A stretch of DNA of 63,745 bases, filler included, from Folioceros fuciformis (Eukaryota), in assembly GCA_049999805.1 (NCBI GenBank). It is 20 parts of 20 records of this genome, joined end to end, with 100 filler letters (N's around TTAATTAATTAA, not from the genome) between each part and the next. Parts side by side here need not be neighbours in the genome. Positions count along the whole stretch, not along the records: positions 7,868 to 14,890 come from JBNGIO010003155.1; positions 14,991 to 19,459 come from JBNGIO010003157.1; positions 19,560 to 21,408 come from JBNGIO010003159.1; positions 21,509 to 27,685 come from JBNGIO010003160.1; 16 more parts are not named here. One strand, given 5' to 3'. The notes beneath the pieces are model-generated. The model saw only the letters and a list, made by a program, of their open reading frames with translations, did not search any database and had not been told where the DNA came from. Of this stretch, positions 12,046 through 22,125 are shown in pieces. Position 1 is the first letter of the stretch. Every line of letters begins with the position of its first letter. A program made the position numbers and the translations under genes.

Positions 12046-14027
12046 GCCGTCCGGCTATTGCGCCCAGCCTTACCCTTTCCCTTTACTCGCTCCCTGGCCT
12101 CATCTTGCTCCCGTTTGTACCTATCGGCCAGCTTCTGGACTTGTTCCATCGCAGCCATCTCCTGCTCCTGAGCCTTAGCCATTTCCTATTGTATTTCCAG
12201 ATTTGTCTCATAGGCTTCCCTCACCTGAGCTAGGAGCGACCCCCGTTGCTCCTTCAGTTGCCTTGGCCTAGCGCGCCTCTTCCTCTGCTTGTGCCTTGCC
12301 CTCACTCAGGACCCGGTGCTTCTCTTCTAGGAGCCGCCGTGCCGTCTCAGACTCCGCCAGCTGTCTCCAGGCTTCGGCCTCCTTTCCTCTTGCCTCTGCC
12401 TCCTTACTTTGGGCCTCGGCCTCCCTCTTCCGCCTGCATGCTCAACCAGGTCAGCGCCCTGGCCACCTGGTCCAGCATGTCCACTTCTGCCTGCACCATG
12501 GCTAGTCCTAGCAGATCCACCTCCTGCGAGGCAGATAACCAAGAGGGGAATGGCTCCCTTGCCTGCAGCCTATCCACCTGAGGAATTTTTCTAAAAACAT
12601 CTTCCCATTCTGGGAAGACTTCCTGCTTCGGAATGTGCCCTAATTCACTCATAACCTCTGGAGGGGCCTCTTCCATTTCTGGCACCTGCTCTTGAGGTGC
12701 TTTTGTCTCCTCCTCGTTCTGTTCCTGCTCTGCTAGTTCTTGGTCTGCTAGCCCTTGAGCAGCTTTTTACACCTGCTCAGCATGCACCAGGGCTATCTCC
12801 TGTGGCACCGACCCGCTTTCCCTCCTGGCAATTTGGCCGCTGGCTTGTCTCCTCTTGGCATGAGTCTTCTTCCCTGCCACTGCCTTCCTCTTGTGCCTGG
12901 TGGGGGTCTCCTACTCTGAGCTGTCCACGCCGCCCGACTCCCTGTTGCTGGAGTCGGCTTCCATTGGCTCAGCGGGCTTCCACTTCACATCACTTATTGG
13001 TCTCCACATATGTAGTGAGGCGAGCACCTCCAATTCAGACACGAGGTTAGCATAACAATAGATATGGATTAGAAAGGGAGAGATCATCGAAGGCCGAGGA
13101 GAGGACAGGGCCAGATTCTACCTCTCCTCGTCCATCCTGGCATACAGGATTTTCCCCCAATCCACCTTGCTTCCCTTGACAACTTCGTGCATAAACAAGA
13201 GCATTTGATCAGACAGATAATCTTGCTTGCGAACCTGTAGGAAGCTTAGGAACCACCTAGCCAAACCTATCAGCTGGGGGTTGGCCATATCGCGGATTAG
13301 CCAGCCATTTGATTCCTTCTTGGTGCCAAGTTTGAACAACACCTCGGCGTCTGGTGTGCCACCACGCCTCTTTAGGGACTCCAGCACCAGTCCCCCTCCT
13401 CCTGCTGATCGCGGCCATACACCTATCTTACCAGCTCCAGGTTCCATTCCTTGGGCCTGCCACGGATGCCCTCCTGCACTTGCGGTCGCCTAGCGTCCTC
13501 CTTCCACTCCGTGCCACCGCCTTAGTGCTTGCTCTATTCCTGACCATCGTCGCACTCCGCGGCTACTCTCGCTTTCGCTCCAACTCGCGGAACCTCCTGC
13601 CGGATTACTGACCAGGTTCTCCCTGACTCTCTCTAGGGTTTTATATTGCCGTTCCCGTTCCACTACCGCCGGTTGCCCTTCCATGACAATCGCCCAACCG
13701 GCTACCGTCGCCCAGTCACCATGCCCCGTTTTTTTTGCCTAAGTCCACCTAAGCCCCTCTCCCCCACTACCTATTTCCTTATTTTTCAAGGGGGGGGTGC
13801 ATATATAGACACCTGAGTGTCCTCGAACCACCAAGGGCCAAGGACACTCTCGCTCACACTTTTCCTTGGACCTGTCAAAACACCAAGGGCCAAGCAGACT
13901 TTGGGTATAAATACCCAAGTCTTATTCACATACTAAGTCGATCCACTCGCATTCTCACAAAAAAAAAATCACAACCTGTTCATTTAGTCCTTTAAAATGG
14001 GAGTCACGAAAGTTTTTTTCCTCTACA

Positions 14028-14040
14028 TACTCCCCTTCTC
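14028..14040 (-). promoter_or_regulatory. Polypurine tract (PPT)
   Basis: GAGAAGGGGAGTA immediately before the TG of the LTR. Confidence 0.8.
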
Positions 14041-14062
14041 ATTTGTTGGCATCCTTGCCAAC

Positions 14063-14552
14063 CTACACATAATATTTCTTCACTCGCCAACCATTAAGTC
14101 TGGTTGGCAGTGATTGTCTGTCCATCTGTTGCAGCTAAATGGATCCATTGTCAAATACCTCAATTACCTTCTAGGGTCCCATCCACCTTAGATGCAACTT
14201 CCCCGGGAAGTGCATATACCTACTGTCATACAGCAGGGCCAGATCTCCGGGTACCACCCACTCCTGCTTTCTTAGCTTGTGGTCATGCCTCTCCTTTCTC
14301 TTGGCCTACATCTCCTGCATCATCTCTAGTGCCTGCTCCCTATCTTCAGTGTGCCTCACGAAACTGACCGGACGCTCCAGCTGACTTTCTTCCACTAGCA
14401 TTCGGTTCTCTCTGGATGTGCAGGGTCTGGACTTCAAACTCCACAGGCATCACCAGGTGATGCCCATAGGTGAGATAATAGGGCGTCCTCTGTGTGGTGA
14501 TTCTCTCCACGGTCCTACACGCCCATAATGCTGAGTGGAGCTTAAGGTCCCA
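14063..14552 (-). mobile_element. Gypsy integrase C-terminus (Athila-like GPY/F region), with stops
   Basis: Manual translation gives WDLKLHSALWACRT...LLYDSRYMHFPGKLHLRWMGP*KVIEVFDNGSI*...NGWRVKKYYV*. No chromodomain follows. Confidence 0.85.
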
Positions 14553-14787
14553 TGTGAACCTCCAAAGTTTGGGGTAGTAGTTTGTTTTGGTTGAAAAAGG
14601 GTTAATAGTGGTATGGTTTGGTTTTCTCTTTCAACTTATTTTCCCTAATTTTCCTTGATTTTCTGGTCATTTTTCCTATTTTTCTTTGTGTTAATTAGGT
14701 TAATTGACCAGGAAATAGTTGGTTTGGTTATAAGAGTGGGTATAGGTTTGGTCCCAGATCTGGGAAAGTTTAGGTCCGGTACCGGGC
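14553..14787 (+). mobile_element. LTR 5' part (TGTGAACCTCC family) inserted in the integrase
   Basis: The same terminus occurs in reverse orientation ending at 42491 and 45539, each time against a different flank. Confidence 0.8.
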
Positions 14788-14890
14788 CATAGGGTTATTA
14801 AAGCCCAATGTGCTTAGGCTAATGTGATTAGTCTAATTAGGCTAATGTGATTAGTCTAATTAGGCTAATGTAATTAGTCTAAGATTAGTG
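14788..14890 (+). repeat. Nested LTR start (family of 21813-22105) with 23-bp x3 tandem repeat (14814-14882)
   Basis: AGGGTTATTAAAGCCCA...TAGTCTAAGATTAGTG is shared with 21816-21870. Unit: TTAGGCTAATGTGATTAGTCTAA. Confidence 0.75.
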
Positions 14891-15577
14891 NNNNNNNNNN
14901 NNNNNNNNNNNNNNNNNNNNNNNNNNNNNNNNNNTTAATTAATTAANNNNNNNNNNNNNNNNNNNNNNNNNNNNNNNNNNNNNNNNNNNNAGTTTTGCAA
15001 GTTTCTCTGCTAAGATTTTTGTTGTGTGGGAGGCAAGAGGGTCAAAATGTGGCATAGGGTGCTACAAGACTTGCTGCGGGAGGTGAGCAAGGTGAGATCT
15101 GCTGTGATCTACTTATGCATATACACGTGAAGCTGACTGACTGTTAGGTGCAGGGCTTCAAGCTGGGACTCTATGCAATTCAACTGAATTCTGAGATAAT
15201 CAGGTGTAGTTGGTACTTTTGAAGAAAAGGGTGCTGTATAGGCGCATCCATGCGAGTGAGGAATTGGTCTGATTGGCGTGGCGGTAGTGCGAACGCCGGC
15301 AGGCGTGCTCGAGGGCGTGGTGCTTGGTCTCATCCGTTGTCGGCGGCGCTGTTCATAGCGGGTCAATTTCTGGGTGCAGTCCGCGCAAGGTCTTCCGATT
15401 GGAGATGGAGCGCGGGCAGTGGGTGCATGAAACGCTGGGACGCGCCACCTACGCATGATGCTTTAGCTAGTGTCGGTAGCCGTCAAAGCCCGTGGCTTGC
15501 TGCTGCTTCATGCTGGTGGATTGCGCGGCGCCAGTGGTAGGAGGCGGAAGCGAAACTGAAGGGTAGAGAGCCCTGGT

Positions 15578-15589
15578 GCTCTGATACCA
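15578..15589 (-). promoter_or_regulatory. Primer-binding site (initiator tRNA-Met)
   Basis: TGGTATCAGAGC directly after ...CTTCA on the minus strand. Confidence 0.9.
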
Positions 15590-15756
15590 TGAAGACGGAC
15601 AAGATATCCAAGAAAGAATAATTTACTGATACAATGATACATGTCTTATACTTCTACATACGGTTATAACTGCAGTAATTCAGTTAAGTGTCTAAGTAAC
15701 TTGATTAACTGCCCAAACTGTTAGGCTATTATTTTAAACTAGTTACGGGCGAAACA
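15590..15756 (-). mobile_element. Short (~167 bp) 5' LTR inserted at the 3' end of a LINE
   Basis: TGTTTC...CTTCA, AT-rich, followed by the PBS. The TG start position is inferred. Confidence 0.65.
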
Positions 15757-15769
15757 TGCCCTAAAAACT

Positions 15770-18035
15770 AGGTCCTGATCTGACGGCGCCTAAACCCTAT
15801 CATTCGCACCAACAGCTGGCACATTACCACCATAAGCCACTTTAGACCAGTTGACCCAGAGATGAAATAGGCACGAGGGCCACAGTAAACCCCACCATTG
15901 CGACTGAAGTAACGCTTTGCCCAAGGTAGCATCCAGTCCAAATAAAGCGGTTTGCTTCGTGATTCTGAGGTTGGAGTCAAGGAGGATCCTCTTCAACCAA
16001 CAACCCACCTCGCTCCAAATCTCTTGGTCAAAACTGCAATGGAAGAACATGCGTTGGCTTTTGTTTGGGGCGCCAGAGGAACAGAGTCGACAGAGTCTTC
16101 TCTAGTAGCAACCAACAACCCATCCCACCGATCCGCGTTAGGCAAACAAGCTTGAAAAAAACACCAAACCATTGTCCTAACCTTGGGAGGAATTCCTACT
16201 GAATTCCAAAGCAGCTTAATAACCTGCTTTTGTCACCGCACAGAGAGCTGTAACCTGGGAGCCATTGGTTGCCGTTGCTTGAGTTTCTGCAATCGTACCA
16301 TCCAGAGGAAGATGTCCGCCGTTGGAAGGTTGAAGAAAGACCGAGGTTTTACCGCCTTGCGTCCTAGCCCCCTGGGCCATTTGTAGAGATCTGGCCTTAA
16401 AGCCAAATCCCAATTTTCCATAAGCAGAAACCAACATCGTACGACTAGCTTGTCTGAGGTTTGTGGCCTACTAGCACGCTCGTCTTGAGTGCACCATCGC
16501 CCTGCGTGAACAGACTTAGAGAGGACCGTGATGGCCCTTAGTTCCCACTACGGATATCTCCTTCATCCCTGCCCTGATCTACCAGAAGCCCTTCAGGTGA
16601 TCAGACATTGAAGGACCGCCCTGCTTCATTGTCCTCCGTACCTGCAAGCCAAATAGCCCTATCTAATTCTAGGTCTTCCTCATGTTCATCCTTAGAGTCG
16701 ACTCCCCTACTATCCATGGAGTACGCAAACCACCCCTCGGTTCCCCGAGTAGGTTGTTGCCTTAGCACCTGTTGTACCTTACCCTCTAACCCCTCCTCTC
16801 CTGCAACCATGAAAAAATGAACCTAACATGTCTAGTCACTAGACCAAATTCACCCTTGACCTCCTCCACCTCCTTCCAGCGGGCCTTTGTTTTGTTCCAC
16901 AAGTGACCAAGTTGGATGACCCCTTTCCGACATGCCAATCCGAAAATTTGGGACCGGTACACCCTTGCCCGAAACTCTTGACCCCACAGCCTCGAGAAAC
17001 CTTGTAAGGGAACACCCAGAACATCATCGACATGTGAAGGGCTACTAGTGATAATGCACCTCTTGACCTCTAAATAGCTACTCCAGATTGACTTGAAGAG
17101 TGGGGAGCACTCTGTCGTATCTAGAAGAGGGTTACCAGCAAGGATGTTGTCGATAGATCTCCTTCCCCTAGGGACAGCTTGAGTGCACTCCAAATGTTGT
17201 GTTAGCAGGCTCTTCCAGGAGTAGTAGGTAGGATCTGCCGCCCTTACCACCCACTGAGCGTGCAAGACTTTCATCTTGCCAACCGGATCAACCACCCCAA
17301 GCACCCCCATACTGCGCGCCTGAATAATGTGCTGCCAAGCCCCCTTGGAGCACCCAGTCGAGCTATCCCCCACACGTTTCCACAGGAAGGAAGTTATCAC
17401 CTGCTGCAGCCTTTTCACCTTGAGCTTGGAAGGAGCCCACAAGAACAAATAATACCATAGAGAGGCTGTTAGGATGTGGTTAATCACCACCAACCTTCAT
17501 GCAAGGGTAAGTTCCAACAGCTGCAGGCTCGCCGCTTTGCGAATAAATCTGAGGCATACATACTTCCCTATCTCTCCGAATGTGTTGAATACATGACGGT
17601 AGCTCCCCATCCATATGAAGACACATCATGCGGGTCTTGTTCCAATTGACCTTGCATCTCGACAACTCCCCAAATACCTTAACTTGCTGAAGCAAAGCAG
17701 ACAAAGATGCCTCCTTTGCTGAGGAAAAAAGAAGGGTGTCGTCTGCAAACGCAGAGACCCTTAACTACGATCCGTCTGAGTTGCAAACACCCTCAACGGC
17801 CTGATCTTGTTTAACTGCTCGTAGGAAGAAGTTAGTAACAATAATAAATAAGAAAGGAGCAAGGGGGCAACCCTGACGTACCGACCGGTGAATGCCAAAG
17901 CGCTTCATAAAGGATCCATTGATGGCCGCCTTGGCCCCTGCATCTTCACACAGAATGGCGATCCACCAACACAAGTTATTCCCGAACCCAAAGCTTTGCA
18001 AGCACCTCCACAAGAAATGCCACTCAATGGAATCA
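15770..18035 (-). mobile_element. L1-type LINE ORF2 remnant (RT + zf-RVT region)
   Basis: SIEWHFL, RSVRQGCPLAPFLF, FADDT (~17737-17751), VNWNKT, G-G-LG-type motif, and a C-terminal Cys/His region (CRLC...FFHC). Many stops and frameshifts. Confidence 0.9.
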
Positions 18036-19459
18036 GCAGAATACCAGGGCATTTAGAATCTGAATGTCGCAAGAAGCAGAATGGTGAACCTAAGCGAGAA
18101 GCCCCTCCATCTGCTCACGTATCCTCCAAGAAAAATACAGGGGCCATCCTCACAATGTGTATGGAGACAGGCTCTTCTCAAGACAGGCATGCCTGGTATC
18201 TAGACTCAAGTGCCACCACGCATGTCTATAACACTCGCACAGCCTTTACCACTTTTACGTCTTCTCCTAAGGGACACTTTGTACTTTTAGGTGATGACAG
18301 TGGGCTATGCATTGAGGGCACTGGCACAGTCGTCCTTCACCCTGCACAAGGCAAGACCATCACTCTGTTAGATGTCATCTTTGTCCCACATATGGCTAAA
18401 AATCTAGTCTCATTAAGACGCCTGTCTCCTCCACTTCTTACCTTGGAGATGACACCTGATGGTCTTGCTCTGCGGGAGGCTGCTGCACCACACCAGTTAT
18501 TGGTTACATGTACTCTCAAGAATGACCTATACCAGCTCAACTTGAAGAGTAATCCTATACAGCAGCTGAGGCCACCAGCTGCTCACGCTACAGCCACCAG
18601 TTCTCCCAATGAGACGCAACTGTGGCACTGCCGCCTGGGACATGTACACATCCAACGTCTCCGGACCCTGCCTGCTTCATCCTTGTATCGGACTGCGCTT
18701 CACTTCAAGTCTGAGAACTCCATTTTCTGTGAAGCCTGCATACAAGGGAAGCACCATAAGGCTCCTCATCCCAGTCAAGATGCGATGAGGGCCACTCACC
18801 TACTCCAAACTATGCACACTGACCTCTGTGGTCCCATGTCCACACGGTCCCTTAGTGGTGCTCTCTATTTTATGCATCTCATTGATGACTGGAGTCGGTT
18901 TACAATCACTTACTTTCTCAGGCACAAAAGTGAAGCCTTCTCTTGCTTTCTTCTGTACCTCTCGTATGCTCAACGCTTTACAGGTCAGAAATTGAAATGC
19001 TTGAGAAGTGACAATGGAGGCGAGTTTACCTCAGGAGAATTCACGGAGTTTTGCTCACGGGAGGGTATTCCTCGGCAACCCACCGTTCCCTACGAGCATG
19101 AGCAAAATCCTTTGCTTGAGAACAAAAACAAGGTCACACAGGCTGCTGCTAAGTCTATGCTGCATCTTGCCCGACTTCCCGGGTGCTTCTGGGCAGAAGC
19201 TGTTGCCACAGCTGTCTACATTCAAAACAGGCTACCCACTCATGCTTTTGCCAATGCTACACCTTTTGAGCGATGGACTGGCGTCAAGCCTCGGGGGACC
19301 ACTTGCGGATCTGGGGCTGTCCAGCCTATGCTCATACACCTGATGAAGTCATACGCAAGATGGACTTTAAGGCAACCAAACACCTGTTCATCGGCTATAC
19401 AGAGGGCATTAAAGGCTACAAGCTTTATGACCCCCTGCACCGTCGTTTCCTGCATGCCA
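18036..19459 (+). mobile_element. Ty1/copia pol fragment (knuckle end, protease, integrase)
   Basis: RIPGHLESEC, WYLDSSATTH, LWHCRLGH, HTDLCGP, LRSDNGGEF. Frameshift near 19295. Confidence 0.93.
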
Positions 19460-19735
19460 NNNNNNNNNNNNNNNNNNNNNNNNNNNNNNNNNNNNNNNNN
19501 NNNTTAATTAATTAANNNNNNNNNNNNNNNNNNNNNNNNNNNNNNNNNNNNNNNNNNNNTAGCCTAGTGCTGATTTAATCTGAATTCTTTGGTTCGCGAA
19601 AAAACTTTTTTAGCCATGTATCATATTAGATGAAAGTAGCCAAGATATAGACATGCTAAAGAAGCAAAGAGAGAGTGAAGACATGAAGCTCAGACTCATA
19701 TCATGTTAAAGAATATGAATGAATGTATTCTCAAG

Positions 19736-19830
19736 ATAGATATGCAAGCTTTTCCGTATGGCTCCTCATATAGATATGCAAGCTTTTCCGCATGGCTCCT
19801 CATATAGATATGCAAGCTTTTCTGTATGGC
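19736..19830. repeat. 34-bp tandem repeat, ~2.8 units
   Basis: Head-to-tail ATAGATATGCAAGCTTTTCCGYATGGCTCCTCAT. Confidence 0.9.
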
Positions 19831-20623
19831 ACATGAGGAGCGCATGCAAAGCATGAATATAAATATAAAGGATGTCTTGGGCTGGAGCATGCTAGGCTTG
19901 AAGAATACAGAAGAGGTCATGGTCGCTAGATTCATTTGACATAATATTGTATGGCCACAAAGCTGTGTATTGTCACCAAGTAGTATGTTGTGGATTGCAT
20001 TTGATTCCTTGTTAAACTTGGGATGACACAAGAGAAGCTTGTGGTTCATATCGAGATAGATGTTCAATGATTATCAGTAGCTTATCACCAAAAATTTAGT
20101 TCAACGGTCAAAGCAAATAAATCGACCTCCCATACCACTACTACGCATATGATATATGACATTGTGTGAGTTGTTCTTAAGGGCTGATACGCATATAGCT
20201 TCTAGAGCTCTTCAAAGTGTTGAAAGCAAAGAGAACAGCAAAGTAGCCTGACATGTGCGATGTAGACTCTTAGGGAGTATTAGAGACATAATCTAGTTAC
20301 TTAGCTTGCCCTAGACCTTAGACGCACCCGGAGACACTTGAAGGCACGTTGAAGGGACTGATTTGTTATACATTTTCTTCCGCACGACGCTCACGTGCTG
20401 GGTACAGAATAATGTACCGAGTGATCCAATAAATTCGGGAATACATCTCAGAAAAAGTGGAATAAGTGCGACGTCCTCCAGGCCCAGGAGCAGGACCGAG
20501 GGGACTGTCCCGAGTGGATGAATGCTATGCTATGGCACCGTCACGGGTGGATGGACTGGACTGGCTAACAAACGGAGGGCCCATGCATTGCATTGCATTG
20601 CTGATATGTGCTTGTGGATGCGT

Positions 20624-21298
20624 CTACTTCTGACTGGCCTCCAGCCGCTGGACTGTCTTGTCATCGATTCCAAACGTCTGCTGCAGCACATCCGATGGCA
20701 GCGGGGAGCCAAAGAGAGCGGCAGCTGTCTGCTGCAGTCCAGGATTCTGGCTCCCCAGGGCTGCCACGGCCCACGCCGGACCATAGCCGACGTTCTTCTG
20801 GAAATGAAGGAGGCCTCTGGGGAAGACAAACAGATCGCCCTTGTTGAGCGTCTGCTGGAAGAGCGTGTTCCCGTTAGACGAGACGAATCCAACCTCGAGA
20901 GTGCCCTCCACCACGAACAGCAGCTCGGTGGCTCTCGGGTGGGAGTGCGGAGGGTTGAGCCCGCCCACAGCGACATCAATGCGGGCGGCGGAGATCCCCA
21001 GCGTGTTGAGGCCCGGGAATTGGGCGACGGACGCGGGCGTCACTGCAGCCTTGAACTTGTTGCCGGTGTTGCCGGGGCCGTTGAGGCCCGAGAACTTGAA
21101 GTCGGTTGCCGTCACCTCATCGGCTGGTTTGCAGACGACGCCGTTGATGGTGGGAGCGCCCGCTTGGGCCACGCAGAAGTCCTGGAGAGGGTCCTCGTCG
21201 GCTGCCAAACTGAAGTGGGGCGTCCAGGTGACCAGCAACGCGGCCAGGAACGCGGCCGCCATGAGATTCAAATTCCGGGATGCGGCATAGCGAGCCAT
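20624..21298 (-). CDS. Germin-like protein (cupin), intronless, 224 aa
   Basis: Signal-peptide-like N-terminus, box A PLQDFCVA, box B GLNPPHSHPRATE, box C FPRGLLHFQ. Metal ligands H,H,E,H are intact. GC-rich coding sequence. Confidence 0.95.
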   Translation of the reverse strand: MARYAASRNLNLMAAAFLAALLVTWTPHFSLAADEDPLQDFCVAQAGAPTINGVVCKPADEVTATDFKFSGLNGPGNTGNKFKAAVTPASVAQFPGLNTLGISAARIDVAVGGLNPPHSHPRATELLFVVEGTLEVGFVSSNGNTLFQQTLNKGDLFVFPRGLLHFQKNVGYGPAWAVAALGSQNPGLQQTAAALFGSPLPSDVLQQTFGIDDKTVQRLEASQK

Positions 21299-21812
21299 GG
21301 ATGACCGTGAATTGCAGTGCAGTACTGGCAACAGCGCAGCCGAAGGTTGCAGCCTTCCACCACCTGTAGGCGAGCTTGGTTGGCACGGATTGCTCTCAAA
21401 AATTGAGANNNNNNNNNNNNNNNNNNNNNNNNNNNNNNNNNNNNNNNNNNNNTTAATTAATTAANNNNNNNNNNNNNNNNNNNNNNNNNNNNNNNNNNNN
21501 NNNNNNNNTGTCTTCCACGATCGCATCCACCCGATAGCACCGCGGGTCGTCATCGTGCCTCTCCTCCGCGTAGAGTCCTTGATACGCCCCCGAGGAGCTG
21601 TCGCCTGTTCCTCCGGAAGTGTAACCTGTTGTGGGCGGTTCAGTCTCCCCTCCGTAGGGCGCTCTTCTCCAGGAGACGAAAGCGGTCCCCTTGACCCCTG
21701 CTTGTCAAGTTGTAAAGGTGACGCCTCGCCTCCCGAAATCGAAGACACAAGCGGTGCCGTACAGCCATGGGCCTTCTGTGGAGTGATTTCTTGCACCCAA
21801 GAATCACCCAAG

Positions 21813-22105
21813 TGTAGGGTTATTAAAGCCCATTGTGCCTAGACTAATGTGTTTAGTCTAAGATTAGTGTCTAGTTAAGTATCATTAGTTTAGATTAGCT
21901 TAAGCTAATCTCTAGGAAGCTTCTTGTGCAGCTTCCTGTGGGCTTCTTGTGAAGCTTCCTAGGGAGCTCTTCTAGAGGGTATAAATACCCCCTTGAGCTC
22001 CCTTGTATGTGGACTCCATTGTGAGAGTGTGACCTCTCTTTCTCCTCTCCTCCTTGCCTCCTCCTCTCCTCTCCTTTACCATGTAGCTCCTAGAGCGTTC
22101 CTTCA
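21813..22105 (+). mobile_element. 5' LTR (293 bp)
   Basis: TGTAGGG...CTTCA, TATAAATA at 21980, followed by the PBS. Confidence 0.85.
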
Positions 22106-22107
22106 AG

Positions 22108-22125
22108 TGGTATCAGAGCCTGGTT
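22108..22125 (+). promoter_or_regulatory. Primer-binding site (initiator tRNA-Met)
   Basis: TGGTATCAGAGCCTGGTT, 2 nt after the LTR end. Confidence 0.92.

Larger units (their letters stand above)
10960..13620 (-). pseudogene. LTR-encoded accessory protein, copy 1 (helical domain + coiled coil + ATGS repeats + conserved C-terminal domain)
   Basis: ORF pieces 13118-13447, 12404-12685, 11850-12182 and 11437-11646 are collinear with copies 2 and 3. Ends are approximate. Confidence 0.75.
10215..14027 (-). mobile_element. 3' LTR (~3.8 kb) of a non-chromovirus Ty3/gypsy element, containing a long ORF
   Basis: On the minus strand the integrase C-terminus is followed by PPT GAGAAGGGGAGTA (14040-14028), then TGTAGAGG at 14027. 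The far end is ...CTACA at 10215 (5-bp terminal inverted repeat). The same start occurs at 55553. Confidence 0.8.

Noticed and set aside
17888-19507. 539-aa ORF as a novel LINE-copia fusion
   Set aside because: The first ~49 aa are the antisense of LINE RT read into copia at an abrupt junction (~18035). This is a deletion or misassembly, not a designed fusion.
19736-19830. 34-bp repeats as a CRISPR array
   Set aside because: Head-to-tail with no spacers, no cas genes, and a eukaryotic context.
20522-21304. 260-aa plus-strand ORF
   Set aside because: Antisense shadow of the GC-rich germin CDS.
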